This document shows positions 23,976 through 34,648 of a DNA stretch of 55,129 bases, in pieces; the first letter of the stretch is position 1; every line of letters starts with the position of its first letter. This DNA comes from Candidatus Nanopelagicaceae bacterium (GTDB taxonomy: Bacteria > Actinomycetota > Actinomycetes > Nanopelagicales > Nanopelagicaceae): assembly GCA_947460855.1 (NCBI GenBank), contig CANHGU010000001.1:1-55129 (forward strand), in the 5' to 3' direction. The position numbers were made by a program, and so were the translations under genes. The notes under the pieces were generated by a model, which saw only the letters and a program-made list of their open reading frames with translations, was not told the DNA's origin and searched no databases.

Positions 23976-24013
23976 GAGTGCCGCCTTTCTCTCTGAGCTC
24001 TAAACTGAGGGCA

Positions 24014-24059
24014 ATACTAGGTGATGAAGGTAGGAAATTACACCTACAAGTGTAATTTC
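24014..24059 (-). promoter_or_regulatory. putative livH promoter with operator-like palindrome
   Basis: Candidate -10 TAGTAT (24019-24014). A perfect inverted repeat GAAATTACAC-N6-GTGTAATTTC (24034-24059) overlaps the expected -35 position. Confidence 0.55.
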
Positions 24060-24165
24060 TATGCCTAGCCGCACAATTTACAATATGTCCTAGCCTCCAT
24101 TAGGCCTTGGGCCCTTACTTAAGACTTTATTTTCACCAAAATCTCAGACAATCTATATAGACGAT

Positions 24166-24756
24166 TTAGATATCTGGAGCCGCATCCGGTGAAATGATCG
24201 CTTGAGCAACCTCCTTCATTGAGATTCGGCGATCCATTGCAGTTTTTTGAATCCAGCTAAAACTTTCAGGCTCTGAAAGATTCATCACTTTCATTAATAT
24301 ACCCTTAGCGCGGTCAATTATTTTCCTGGATTCTAGCCTCTCATAAATATCAGCGACCTCTGCCTCAAGTGTCTTCATCTGATTATGCCGACTTATGGCA
24401 ATTTCGATTGCTGGAATTAAATCATTAATTGAGAAGGGCTTAACTACATAGGCCATTACTCCGGCATCTCTAGCCCGTTCAACTAAATCTCGTTGGCTAA
24501 AAGCGGTTAACATTAAAACTGGTGCTATGGAAATAATCTGTTCTGCCGCGGTTATGCCATCCATCTCCGGCATTTTTACATCTAAAATTACAAGATCTGG
24601 TTTATGTTTTTTCGCTAGATCAATTGCAACTACACCATTCTCAGCTTGAGCAACTACTTCATAGCCAGCCTCAGTTAACATCTCAACTAAATCGAGCCGA
24701 ATAATAGTTTCATCTTCGGCAACAAGTATCTTTATTTTTTGTTTTTCATTCACCAT
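24166..24756 (-). CDS. pdtaR: ANTAR-domain response regulator (PdtaR/Rv1626-like)
   Basis: Receiver domain (AEDE, LDVKMP, LTAFSQ, VKPF) plus ANTAR domain (RKIIDRAKGILM..SE.ESF.WIQKTAMDRR); lies next to tRNA-Leu. Confidence 0.9.
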   Translation of the reverse strand: MVNEKQKIKILVAEDETIIRLDLVEMLTEAGYEVVAQAENGVVAIDLAKKHKPDLVILDVKMPEMDGITAAEQIISIAPVLMLTAFSQRDLVERARDAGVMAYVVKPFSINDLIPAIEIAISRHNQMKTLEAEVADIYERLESRKIIDRAKGILMKVMNLSEPESFSWIQKTAMDRRISMKEVAQAIISPDAAPDI

Positions 24757-24757
24757 G

Positions 24758-24830
24758 TGCCTCGAGTCGGATTCGAACCGACACTATACGGTTTTTGAGA
24801 CCGTCCTCTCTACCGTTGGAGTACCGAGGC
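24758..24830 (-). tRNA. tRNA-Leu(CAA), short variable loop, CCA not encoded
   Basis: GCCTCGG-TA-CTC-CAACGGTAGA-GAG-G-ACGGT-CTCAAAA-ACCGT-ATAGT-GTCGG-TTCGAAT-CCGAC-TCGAGGC-A; complete 73-nt cloverleaf, anticodon CAA. Candidate -10 TAAACT at 24849-24844. Confidence 0.95.
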
Positions 24831-24873
24831 GTTAGAGAGTCTGAGTTTATAGTGACTACTTTTTTATACGAAA

Positions 24874-26316
24874 TTACTTACGGTATGCAGGCGCAACTCC
24901 GCTAACGGCATCACCTATTTTATGAACCCGCATTGCGTTAATTGACCCAGGAATTCCCGGAGGGGAACCGGCAACAATTAATACCAAATCTCCAATTTTT
25001 ACTCTTTTCGAATCAATCAAAATAGCATCCACCTGCATAACCATCTCATCTGTGTGATTGACAACTGCAGTTAGTAAGGACTCTACGCCCCAAGAGAGTG
25101 CAAGCCTGTTATAAGTGCCAATTTCCGGCGTTAAGGCCAACATTGGAATGGGTGAGCGTAATCTAGACATACGTCTAGCTGAATCACCGCTTTGTGTAAA
25201 TGCCACTAAATACTTCGCGCCTACCGTAAGTCCAACCTCAGTTGCAGCTTTTGTAATAGCTCCCGCTTTTGTAGCGGGTGAATGCTTTAGCGGCGGAATT
25301 TGATCTAATGCAACCTCTTCAGTTCGTTCAATAATACGTGCCATAACCTTCACTGCTTCTATTGGAAATTCACCAACGCTTGTCTCACCCGATAACATCA
25401 AAGCATCAGCACCATCTAATACAGCATTCGCACAATCTGTAGCTTCTGCTCTAGTTGGTTGAGAGTTAAACGTCATTGAATCTAGCATTTGAGTTGCAAC
25501 TATTACTGGTTTTGCAGACTCGCGCGCCACTGTAATACAGCGCTTTTGCACAATCGGAACATCTTCGATTGGCAGCTCAACTCCTAGATCGCCTCGAGCA
25601 ACCATAATTCCATCAAATGCGTCAACTATTTCCTGTAAGTTTTCAACTGCCTGTGGCTTTTCGATTTTAGCTATAACCGGAACTCTAATACCAACTTCTT
25701 CCATAATCTTATGAACATCTTTAATATCTGCTGCACTTCTTACAAAGGAAAGTGCAATGAAGTCTGCGCCTGCTTTTAAGCCCCAGCGCAAATCCGCAAT
25801 ATCTTTCTCTGAGAGCGCTGGAACTGAAACTGCAACCCCGGGAAGATTAAGTCCTTTATTATTACTTACCATTCCAGGTTGAACTACTTTGGTTACTACA
25901 TCATTGCCTTTGACCTCGACAACTTGAACTGAAACTTTTCCATCATCAATCATGATTTTATCACCGGCCTTACAATCACCCGGTAACCCTTTATAGGTTG
26001 TACTTACCCGCTCCTTCGTGCCAGGAATATCATCAGTTGTAATAACAAAAATATCACCACGTGATAACTCATGCGGCCCATCAGAGAAGCGACCTAAACG
26101 AATTTTTGGTCCTTGCAAGTCAACTAATATTGCGACTGCTTTATTTGCTTTTTTTGCAACAGATCTAACTGCATCAAGCCTGCTTTGATGTTCATCGTAT
26201 CCTCCATGCGAGAGGTTTAGTCGAGCCATATTCATGCCGGCATCAATCAACTCTGTTATTTTTTCTATCGATTCAACTGCTGGACCCATCGTGCAAACAA
26301 TTTTCGCTCGGCGCAT
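24874..26316 (-). CDS. pyk: pyruvate kinase
   Basis: KIVCTMGP, ARLNLSHG, DLQGPKIR, MVARGDLGVE, ATQMLDSM, MLSGET. Confidence 0.99.
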   Translation of the reverse strand: MRRAKIVCTMGPAVESIEKITELIDAGMNMARLNLSHGGYDEHQSRLDAVRSVAKKANKAVAILVDLQGPKIRLGRFSDGPHELSRGDIFVITTDDIPGTKERVSTTYKGLPGDCKAGDKIMIDDGKVSVQVVEVKGNDVVTKVVQPGMVSNNKGLNLPGVAVSVPALSEKDIADLRWGLKAGADFIALSFVRSAADIKDVHKIMEEVGIRVPVIAKIEKPQAVENLQEIVDAFDGIMVARGDLGVELPIEDVPIVQKRCITVARESAKPVIVATQMLDSMTFNSQPTRAEATDCANAVLDGADALMLSGETSVGEFPIEAVKVMARIIERTEEVALDQIPPLKHSPATKAGAITKAATEVGLTVGAKYLVAFTQSGDSARRMSRLRSPIPMLALTPEIGTYNRLALSWGVESLLTAVVNHTDEMVMQVDAILIDSKRVKIGDLVLIVAGSPPGIPGSINAMRVHKIGDAVSGVAPAYRK

Positions 26317-26325
26317 ATGTTGACC

Positions 26326-27783
26326 TTAAACCATCAAAGGGCGAGCGGTTGGTTCTATTGGGAAAGGCAGTTGCGTGTGTCCAGAAAGGTAAGTATCTAC
26401 CGCTGCCGCTGCGCTGCGACCTTCAGCGATAGCCCAAACTATTAAAGACTGTCCCCTGCCTGCATCGCCACATACATAAACCCCATCGGCTGAGGTTGCA
26501 TATTCACCATCTCGTTTAATATTGCCTCTGTCGTCTAATTCAACCTCTAATTGATCTAATAAATCACTTTTCTCAGGACCAGTAAAGCCCATAGCAAGAA
26601 ATACCAGATCCGCCGGGATCTCCCTCTCGCTGCCCGGAACTTGCTCAAATTTTCCGTTAACCAGCTTAGTTTCAACCAAGATTAGAGCTTTAAGATTTCC
26701 ATTTTTATCTTTAACAAACTCTTGCGTAGAAACTGAGTAAATTCTCTCTCCAGCTTCTTCATGTGCACTGCTTACTCTATAAATCATCGGATAAGTAGGC
26801 CATGGTTGCTCACTCGGTCTTTCATCACCTGGTCTTGGCATGATCTCAAGTTGAGTTACAGATTTTGCGCCCTGCCTAATTGCAGTGCCCAGACAATCAG
26901 CTCCAGTATCACCGCCGCCAAGAATCACTACATCTTTGTCTTTGGCACTTATTGGTGATTCACCGGTGATTTCACCCGAGGCTTGTTTATTACCCCAAGG
27001 CAGATACTCCATAGCTTGATAGACACCTACTGCTTCTCTGCCAGGAATTGGTAAGTCACGCCAATTAGTCGCACCAATTGCAACTACCACAGCATCATAT
27101 TTATTACGCAAAGCACTTCCAGTAATATCTTTACCAACTTCGATGTTGGTACGGAATCGTGTTCCTTCCTGCTCCATCTGATAAAGCCTTCTATCCAGAA
27201 TTGATTTCTCCATTTTAAACTCTGGTATTCCATAACGTAGAAGCCCGCCAATTTTGTCTGCCCGCTCATAAACAGCAACTGTGTGCCCTGCTCTAGTTAA
27301 TTGTTGAGCAGCTGCTAGGCCAGCCGGGCCAGAGCCAATTACTGCAACGGTTTTACCAGTCAGTCTATCTGGAATAAGAGGAACAACTCTTTTCTCCAGA
27401 AATGCTTCTTCAATTGTTCGAAGCTCAACCTGCTTAATAGTTACAGCCTCTGCATTAATTGCTACTACACAAGCAGTTTCACATGGAGCTGGGCATAACC
27501 TTCCAGTGAATTCTGGGAAGTTATTTGTCGCATGCAATCGATCAATTGCTTCACTCTTTTCGCCGCGCCAAATTAAATCGTTCCATTCTGGAATCAAATT
27601 ACCTAATGGACATCCCTGATGACAGAAAGGAATACCACAATCCATACATCGCCCAGCCTGTTTTTGTAAATCGGAAAAATCTTGCTCTTGATAAACCTCT
27701 TTCCAATCTTTAATTCGCACATCGACCGGTCTACGTTTTGGCATCTGACGGCTTGTTGTTAGAAAACCCTTTGGATCAGCCAT
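26326..27783 (-). CDS. gltD: glutamate synthase small subunit
   Basis: [48 protein letters not shown]. Confidence 0.98.
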   Translation of the reverse strand: MADPKGFLTTSRQMPKRRPVDVRIKDWKEVYQEQDFSDLQKQAGRCMDCGIPFCHQGCPLGNLIPEWNDLIWRGEKSEAIDRLHATNNFPEFTGRLCPAPCETACVVAINAEAVTIKQVELRTIEEAFLEKRVVPLIPDRLTGKTVAVIGSGPAGLAAAQQLTRAGHTVAVYERADKIGGLLRYGIPEFKMEKSILDRRLYQMEQEGTRFRTNIEVGKDITGSALRNKYDAVVVAIGATNWRDLPIPGREAVGVYQAMEYLPWGNKQASGEITGESPISAKDKDVVILGGGDTGADCLGTAIRQGAKSVTQLEIMPRPGDERPSEQPWPTYPMIYRVSSAHEEAGERIYSVSTQEFVKDKNGNLKALILVETKLVNGKFEQVPGSEREIPADLVFLAMGFTGPEKSDLLDQLEVELDDRGNIKRDGEYATSADGVYVCGDAGRGQSLIVWAIAEGRSAAAAVDTYLSGHTQLPFPIEPTARPLMV

Positions 27784-30700
27784 TAATAGCCGCCATAACT
27801 GCGCTTTCCATTGGCATGCCTTCGCGCTGCGCCTTTGCCATAACCTCTAAAACTCTTGCATAATCACGTGGCATAACTAATGAAATCCGCGATTTTGCGA
27901 CAGACCATTCATTAATTATTTCACCTGCAATTTTGGATCCAGTTTCTGCAGCAAATTTAGAAATAATGGCTTTCACAATCTCTTCCTGATCATTTGGAAG
28001 AGATAAAATATCAACCATCTCAGTATTTACTAAACGGTGATCCAAATCTAAAACAAAAGCACGACCACCGGACATGCCAGCAGCAAAGTTCCTGCCAATG
28101 TTGCCTAAAACAATCACCATTCCCCCAGTCATGTATTCGCAGCCATGATCTCCTAGGCCCTCGACGATTGCAACAGCGCCAGAGTTACGAACACAGAAAC
28201 GCTCCCCAACAACTCCAGCAATCATTATTTCGCCTGAGGTTGCACCATAGCCAATCACATTGCCAGCAATTACATTCTTGCTTGAATCAAAAATAGCTCG
28301 CTCATCTGGTCTAATAATAATTCGACCACCAGATAAGCCTTTACCTACATAATCATTACTATCTCCATAAAGTCTAAGAGTTAAGCCCGATGGGATGAAA
28401 GCACCAAATGATTGCCCAGCAGAACCGTGAAAAGTTACATCTATTGTGTCAGTCGGTAATCCCACACCACCATATTTACGAGTGATCTCGGCACCAAGCA
28501 TGGTGCCAACAGTTCTATTAACATTGCGAACCTGCATTTCGAGTCTTACAGGTATTGCACTATTTAAAGCATCTTTTGACAATTCAATTAAATCATTATC
28601 TAACGCATTAACTAATCCATGGTCCTGCAAGGTAGTATTTTTGCGAGGTAAATCACTGCTTGGTGCAATAAGTAGTGGTGATAAATCTAAACCACTAGCC
28701 TTCCAATGATCAACAGCAGATGTTGTATTTAGTAATTCAACTTGACCAATTACTTCACTCAAACTCCTAAAGCCAAGTTGTGCAAGAATTTGCCTAACCT
28801 CTTCAGCAATGTACTCAAAAAAAGTCTCAACAAACTCTGGCTTACCAGTAAATTTTTTCCGCAGCTCTGGATTTTGAGTAGCTACTCCAACCGGACATGT
28901 ATCTAAATGACAAACCCGCATCATTACACAACCAGAAACAACTAGTGGGGCGGTTGCAAATCCATACTCCTCTGCTCCCAACAAGGCAGCAATAACCACA
29001 TCACGACCAGTCTTCATTTGGCCATCAACTTGAACAACTATTCGCTCACGCAAACCATTTAGCATCAGTGTCTGCTGCGTTTCAGCTAAACCTAACTCCC
29101 ATGGAGCTCCAGCATGCTTTAACGATGTAAGTGGTGAGGCGCCAGTTCCGCCATCATGGCCAGAAATTAAAACAACATCTGCATGAGCCTTACTGACACC
29201 AGCTGCAACTGTACCGACTCCTACTTCTGCTACTAATTTAACGTGGATACGTGCATTTTTATTTGAATTTTTAAGATCATGAATTAGCTGAGCAAGATCT
29301 TCGATTGAATAAATATCATGGTGAGGTGGGGGTGAAATTAAACCAACTCCAGGAGTTGAGTAGCGCACCTTAGCTATCCATGGGTAAACCTTATTACCAG
29401 GTAGTTGTCCGCCTTCTCCTGGTTTAGCACCCTGTGCCATTTTAATTTGAATGTCATCTGCATTGACTAAGTACTCACTTGTAACACCAAATCTTCCGCT
29501 TGCCACCTGCTTGATTGCAGATCTGCGTAAGTCGCCATTTTTATCAGGAGTATTTCGAGCAGAATCTTCGCCACCTTCGCCAGTATTAGACTTGCCTCCG
29601 ATTCGATTCATTGCAATAGCTAAAGTTTCATGAGCCTCCTGTGAAATTGATCCATAGGACATTGCTCCAGTTGCAAATCTCTTAATTATTTCTGAAGCAG
29701 GCTCAACTTCATCTATAGGAATTGATTTATTGACACCATCATTAAATGTAAACAAGCCGCGCAAAGTCATTAGCCTACGAGATTGGTCATCTACTCTTGC
29801 TGTGTAACGTTTGAAAACATCAAATCTTTTTGATCTAGTTGCATGCTGAAGCGTGAATACAGTTTCTGGATCAAATAGATGAGGCTCACCCTCTCGACGC
29901 CATTGGTATTCACCACCAATTTGAAGTCGCTTCGCACCTGGGATCTCACCTCCAGGAGGATAAGCAATATGGTGACGCTTAATTGTTTCTTGAGCGATCA
30001 CATCAATGCCAACTCCGCCTAATCTTGAAGTAACACCTACAAAGTATTCGTCAACTATTTCTTTAGATAAACCAATAGCCTCAAATATTTGAGCCCCGGT
30101 ATATGAGGCAATAGTTGAAACACCCATTTTTGACATTACTTTTAATACACCTTTGCCGAGAGACTTAATTAAATTTCTAACCGCCTTTTCGGGAGTAATG
30201 CCAGAAATGACACCTTGACGAACTAAGTCTTCCGCGCTTTCCATTGCTAAATATGGATTTACAGCTGCAGCACCAAATCCAATTAATAACGCAACATGGT
30301 GAACCTCGCGTACCTCACCACTTTCAACTACTAGACCAACCTTTGTCCTAGTTTTTTCACGGATTAAATGATGATGAACCGCTGATGTTAATAACAAGGA
30401 TGGAATAGGTGCATTTTCCCCATCTCCATCTCGATCAGATAGGACAATTATTCTCGCACCTTCACTAATTGCTTTTGATACTTCTTGTCTAATCTCATTT
30501 ATTCTTGCTACTAGTGACTTGCCGCCACCGGCAATTGGAAATAATCCTCTAACAACATGGCAAGCGAATCCTGGCTGATCGCCATCAGCATTAACGTGAA
30601 TAATTTTAGCTAATTCATCATTATCAATTACTGGAAACTGTAATGAAATTTGACGACAAGACGCAGGTCCGGGTTCCAATAAGTTATGCTCTGGCCCGAT

Positions 30701-32296
30701 TGAACCACCTAAAGAAGTTACAAGTTCTTCACGGATTGCGTCCAGAGGTGGATTAGTTACCTGAGCAAATAATTGTGCGAAATAATCAAAGAGTAATCGT
30801 GGTTTTTCCGATAGAGCAGCAATTGGCGTATCAGTACCCATTGACCCAAGTGGCTCTGCGCCATTCTTTGCCATCGGAGTAATAATTATTCGAATTTCCT
30901 CCTCTGTGTAACCAAACGCTCTTTGCCTTCTAAGAACTGAGGAGTGGGGATAGACAATATGTTCCCTGGCTGGCAGATCCCCTAACTTCACTAATCCTGC
31001 ATGTAGCCAATCTGAATAAGGTGCAGCATTAGCAAGTGTTTGCTTAATTTCATCATCTTCAATAATTCTTCCCTCTTGAATATCAACTAAAAACATTTTT
31101 CCAGGTTGCAATCTTCCCTTGCGAATAATTTTCTCTGGTGGAAAATCCAATACACCAACCTCGCTAGCAAGTACTACCAAGCCATCATCAGTTACCCAAA
31201 ATCTTGATGGCCTTAAGCCATTTCTATCGAGCACAGCTCCAACTTGCTTGCCATCAGTGAATGTGACACAGGCGGGCCCATCCCATGGTTCCATCAGTGC
31301 AGAGTGGAATGCATAAAAATCTTTACGCTCTCGTGACATGGTTGTGTGATTTTCCCAAGCCTCAGGAATCATCATTAATACTGAATGTGGCAATGATCTG
31401 CCACCTAGGTAAAGTAATTCTAAGACCTCATCAAAAGAAGCCGAATCGCTCCCTGAGTTATCTACTATTGGAAATAAGCGCTTTAAATCTCCAGGTATTA
31501 ATTTACTTTCTAACAATGTTTCTCTAGATCTCATCCAGTTGCGATTTCCTTTTACAGTATTGATCTCACCATTATGTGCAATGAAACGGTAAGGATGAGC
31601 AAGTGGCCAAGACGGAAAAGTATTTGTAGAAAATCTTGAATGAACAAGGGCCATTGGCGACTCCACAAGAGAGTTAGATAAATCCGGGAAGAATTCTTCT
31701 AATTGATTAGTAGTAAGCATGCCCTTGTAAACTATCGTTCTAGATGAAAGTGAGGGCACATATATTGGCAATGTATGCTCAACTCTTTTACGTAAACAAA
31801 ATGCCATTCTCTCTAAAATTAGGTCATTCTCATTTTTTAAGCCAGAAATAAATATTTGCTTAAATTCCGGCATTACAGAGAGTGCGGTTTTGCCAAGAGA
31901 CTTAGAATTGATTGGTACATCCCGCCAGCCAAGAACTACTAACCCCTCTTCTTGAGCAATTTTCTCAATAGCGCTCTGGTAATCATTTTCGCCAGGTTTA
32001 ATAAAAAATATTCCAGTGGCATACTCACCAAACTTTGGAAGTTTAAAATTAATTACTGATCTATAAAATCTATCTGGTACTTGAATTAGTATTCCGGCCC
32101 CATCACCGCTATCAGGTTCGGCACCTGATGCACCTCTGTGCTCAAGATTTCTTAGTGCAGTTAACGCTTTTGCAACGATTTCGTGAGTAGCCAACTTGTT
32201 TAGAGTCGCGACCATTGCAACACCACATGCATCATGTTCATTGGCAGGGTCATATAACCCAACTGCATTTGGAGTTGTGGAAAAAAGCTTATTCAT
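27776..32296 (-). CDS. gltB: glutamate synthase large subunit
   Basis: EHDACGV (catalytic Cys), [36 protein letters not shown]. Start set to ATG 32296; TTG 32302 is an alternative. Confidence 0.98.
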   Translation of the reverse strand: MNKLFSTTPNAVGLYDPANEHDACGVAMVATLNKLATHEIVAKALTALRNLEHRGASGAEPDSGDGAGILIQVPDRFYRSVINFKLPKFGEYATGIFFIKPGENDYQSAIEKIAQEEGLVVLGWRDVPINSKSLGKTALSVMPEFKQIFISGLKNENDLILERMAFCLRKRVEHTLPIYVPSLSSRTIVYKGMLTTNQLEEFFPDLSNSLVESPMALVHSRFSTNTFPSWPLAHPYRFIAHNGEINTVKGNRNWMRSRETLLESKLIPGDLKRLFPIVDNSGSDSASFDEVLELLYLGGRSLPHSVLMMIPEAWENHTTMSRERKDFYAFHSALMEPWDGPACVTFTDGKQVGAVLDRNGLRPSRFWVTDDGLVVLASEVGVLDFPPEKIIRKGRLQPGKMFLVDIQEGRIIEDDEIKQTLANAAPYSDWLHAGLVKLGDLPAREHIVYPHSSVLRRQRAFGYTEEEIRIIITPMAKNGAEPLGSMGTDTPIAALSEKPRLLFDYFAQLFAQVTNPPLDAIREELVTSLGGSIGPEHNLLEPGPASCRQISLQFPVIDNDELAKIIHVNADGDQPGFACHVVRGLFPIAGGGKSLVARINEIRQEVSKAISEGARIIVLSDRDGDGENAPIPSLLLTSAVHHHLIREKTRTKVGLVVESGEVREVHHVALLIGFGAAAVNPYLAMESAEDLVRQGVISGITPEKAVRNLIKSLGKGVLKVMSKMGVSTIASYTGAQIFEAIGLSKEIVDEYFVGVTSRLGGVGIDVIAQETIKRHHIAYPPGGEIPGAKRLQIGGEYQWRREGEPHLFDPETVFTLQHATRSKRFDVFKRYTARVDDQSRRLMTLRGLFTFNDGVNKSIPIDEVEPASEIIKRFATGAMSYGSISQEAHETLAIAMNRIGGKSNTGEGGEDSARNTPDKNGDLRRSAIKQVASGRFGVTSEYLVNADDIQIKMAQGAKPGEGGQLPGNKVYPWIAKVRYSTPGVGLISPPPHHDIYSIEDLAQLIHDLKNSNKNARIHVKLVAEVGVGTVAAGVSKAHADVVLISGHDGGTGASPLTSLKHAGAPWELGLAETQQTLMLNGLRERIVVQVDGQMKTGRDVVIAALLGAEEYGFATAPLVVSGCVMMRVCHLDTCPVGVATQNPELRKKFTGKPEFVETFFEYIAEEVRQILAQLGFRSLSEVIGQVELLNTTSAVDHWKASGLDLSPLLIAPSSDLPRKNTTLQDHGLVNALDNDLIELSKDALNSAIPVRLEMQVRNVNRTVGTMLGAEITRKYGGVGLPTDTIDVTFHGSAGQSFGAFIPSGLTLRLYGDSNDYVGKGLSGGRIIIRPDERAIFDSSKNVIAGNVIGYGATSGEIMIAGVVGERFCVRNSGAVAIVEGLGDHGCEYMTGGMVIVLGNIGRNFAAGMSGGRAFVLDLDHRLVNTEMVDILSLPNDQEEIVKAIISKFAAETGSKIAGEIINEWSVAKSRISLVMPRDYARVLEVMAKAQREGMPMESAVMAAING

Positions 32297-32310
32297 TTCC
32301 AAATTAAAAG

Positions 32311-32379
32311 GCCGCTCCCATATGTGGGTCGGGACGACTGTGGCCCAACATCTACTTCTTAACTAGGCGAATTGTATCA
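32311..32379 (-). promoter_or_regulatory. gltB extended -10 promoter and GC-rich structured 5' leader
   Basis: TGA-TACAAT (32379-32371), then GGGCCACAGTCGTCCCGACCCACATATGGGAGCGGCC-TTTT. Confidence 0.5.
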
Positions 32380-32385
32380 GGGTAA

Positions 32386-33090
32386 TTAAATCCCGGTAAG
32401 CCCAACCAACCAACCAATACCTGCAGTAATTACAACGCCAAATACCCCGCCTAGGAAAATCCGACCAATAGTTTTAGGTATCGGTGAGGCAGCGATCTTG
32501 GCGCTAACAAAACCGGCAACAACTAAACCGATAGCTGTAAAGATAAGGACTAGTGCAACTGGATCAGATTTAGAGATTAGTGCGCCTAAAAGAGGAATTA
32601 CTCCTCCTGCTGTAAATGCAATTGCGGAAGCAACTCCTGCTTGTAATGGTCTAGCTCTAGTGTGGTCAAAGTGGCCCAGCTCATCCCTTAAGTGCGCTTC
32701 TAATGGATCTTGCTTATGAAGCGCAGTTACTACTTCAGTTGCAAGCTGTCTTGCTAACCCACGCTTCATATATATTTCAACTAACTCTTCGAATTCACCT
32801 TCTGGGTCTGTTGCTAATTGCTTTATCTCTATTTCCCTGTCGGCAGTTTCAATATCATTTTGGGATTTAACTGAAACATACTCTCCAACTGCCATTGACA
32901 TAGCACCTGCAGCAATGCCAGCCAGCCCTGCTGTTATTAGAAAATCGCTTTTATTTGCAGCTGCAATGCCAATCATTAAACTCGCCGTTGATACCAATCC
33001 ATCATTTGAACCTAGTACAGCAGCGCGCAACCAACCGGCACGATTTGCTCGGTGCTCCATATTGCGAATTTGTACTTCTTCCAATCCCAT
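32386..33090 (-). CDS. VIT1/CCC1 family Fe/Mn transporter
   Basis: WLRAAVLGSNDGLVS, GAMSMAVGEYVSV.SQ, H.RDELG. Confidence 0.92.
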   Translation of the reverse strand: MGLEEVQIRNMEHRANRAGWLRAAVLGSNDGLVSTASLMIGIAAANKSDFLITAGLAGIAAGAMSMAVGEYVSVKSQNDIETADREIEIKQLATDPEGEFEELVEIYMKRGLARQLATEVVTALHKQDPLEAHLRDELGHFDHTRARPLQAGVASAIAFTAGGVIPLLGALISKSDPVALVLIFTAIGLVVAGFVSAKIAASPIPKTIGRIFLGGVFGVVITAGIGWLVGLTGI

Positions 33091-33099
33091 CCGGTCATT

Positions 33100-33933
33100 C
33101 TAACCTTTTAAAGAACCTCGCGTTAATTTGCCACGACGCTTACTTCTAAATAAATAAGCCGCGGAAGTGAGAAGAATGATCAAACTAACCCAGATATTAA
33201 CCCGAAATCCGAGAATATAGTTCGCTTGATCTATCCGAAGTGCTTCTATCCATATTCGGCCAAAGGTATATCCAAATATGTAAAGGGCAAAAATATCTCC
33301 TGAATTTTGGGAGAAACTTTTCAAATAACCTGGCAACTTGATTAAGAGATAAGCAATAACTAAGCACCAGATCGCTTCATAAAGAAAAGTAGGATGGAAT
33401 GTTAAAAAATTTTTATAGTCCCGGGGCCTATTAAATCTATCTATCTCCAACCCCCAAGGAAGTGATGTTGGCTTTCCAAATACTTCCTGATTAAACCAAT
33501 TTCCTACTCTCCCAATAGCCTGCGCAATAATCACACCAGGTGCAAGCGCATCAAGAAATTTCGAAAAACCAAGTGAAGTTTTGTGAGTTTTAAAATAAAG
33601 ATAGGCACCAAATGCACCTAATGAAATGGCACCCCAAATTCCAAGTCCGCCTTTCCATATTCGAAGCGCATCAACTGGATCGCCAGATTCACCGAAGTAG
33701 TTACTTGGCGAAGATATTACGTGATAGAGGCGGCCACCAATTATTCCAAAAGGAATAGCCCAAACTGCTGCATCTGATACTTCATCTGCAACTCCGCCAT
33801 TTGATCTATAGCGCTTACGGCCAATCCAGATTGCCGCAGTGATTCCCAAAATTATGCAAAGTGCGTAATAGTGAAAAGTAACTGGCCCGAGTGAAATCGA
33901 GGATGAACTCGGGCTTGGTATAAATGCAAACAT
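33100..33933 (-). CDS. lgt: prolipoprotein diacylglyceryl transferase
   Basis: GGRLYHV, IWKGGLGIWG, AQAIGRVGNWFNQE, FHPTFLYE. Confidence 0.97.
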   Translation of the reverse strand: MFAFIPSPSSSSISLGPVTFHYYALCIILGITAAIWIGRKRYRSNGGVADEVSDAAVWAIPFGIIGGRLYHVISSPSNYFGESGDPVDALRIWKGGLGIWGAISLGAFGAYLYFKTHKTSLGFSKFLDALAPGVIIAQAIGRVGNWFNQEVFGKPTSLPWGLEIDRFNRPRDYKNFLTFHPTFLYEAIWCLVIAYLLIKLPGYLKSFSQNSGDIFALYIFGYTFGRIWIEALRIDQANYILGFRVNIWVSLIILLTSAAYLFRSKRRGKLTRGSLKG

Positions 33934-33948
33934 TTAAGTTAAGTACTG

Positions 33949-34623
33949 CTACTTAACGCCTCCTGCGGTTAAAGCAGCTTTGAACTTAACTGGATCACCA
34001 TATTCCGTGTTGCGATCCAAATCCTTGCCATCAATTCGAATGGTTGGAGTGCTATTTATATTTGCTTTACCGGAAGCCACAGATACATTTCCAGTCCACT
34101 TTACATATTTACCATCTGCAACACACTTTTTAAAGCTATCAGATCTAAGTCCAATGGAATCACCTACTGCAAGCATCGCATCCCCCTGCCATTTACCGGA
34201 ATTTTCACTGGAAGCTTGATTTTTATACAATGCTAAATTCATATCAACAAATTTATTTTCATCTGCAGCGCACGCAACTGCGTTAGCAGCAATAATTGAC
34301 TCTGGCCCAATAAAAGTCAACGGATGAAACACCACTTTGGCTTTCTTTTGTGCGATAACCTCATTTAAATACTCACCATTTATAAGTTCAAAAGCCCTAC
34401 AGGCTGGGCACTGATAATCAAGATAAACATCAATCTTTGGTGTTGAAGTTGGATTTAATACTATTCCGTATCCATCTGCCTCAGAAACTGTTGCTGGCAC
34501 AGCGTAATTTGAATTTGATCTATTACTTACTAGGGAAAAAATTACGCCAACAACTACTATAAAAGCGACCATTGCAATTACTAAATTGCGAGTTCCTTTG
34601 TCTCCACTATTATTTGTAGCCAT
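33949..34623 (-). CDS. membrane-anchored DsbA family thiol-disulfide oxidoreductase
   Basis: N-terminal TM helix, DYQCPAC active site, STPT cis-Pro loop. Confidence 0.88.
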   Translation of the reverse strand: MATNNSGDKGTRNLVIAMVAFIVVVGVIFSLVSNRSNSNYAVPATVSEADGYGIVLNPTSTPKIDVYLDYQCPACRAFELINGEYLNEVIAQKKAKVVFHPLTFIGPESIIAANAVACAADENKFVDMNLALYKNQASSENSGKWQGDAMLAVGDSIGLRSDSFKKCVADGKYVKWTGNVSVASGKANINSTPTIRIDGKDLDRNTEYGDPVKFKAALTAGGVK

Positions 34624-34648
34624 TTTTCTCTCCTGTTCGGTTTCTTAA

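Noticed and set aside
23976-24012. ANTAR dual-hairpin target in the livH leader (also considered for the gltB leader)
   Set aside because: Only one 3-bp hairpin with a 6-nt loop is evident (CTC-AGTTTA-GAG; CCC-ACATAT-GGG at gltB). The conserved loop G and a matching second hexaloop are missing.
24160-24873. tRNA-Leu as an integration site for an island or prophage
   Set aside because: No integrase, duplicated tRNA 3' end or foreign genes; both flanks are core syntenic genes.
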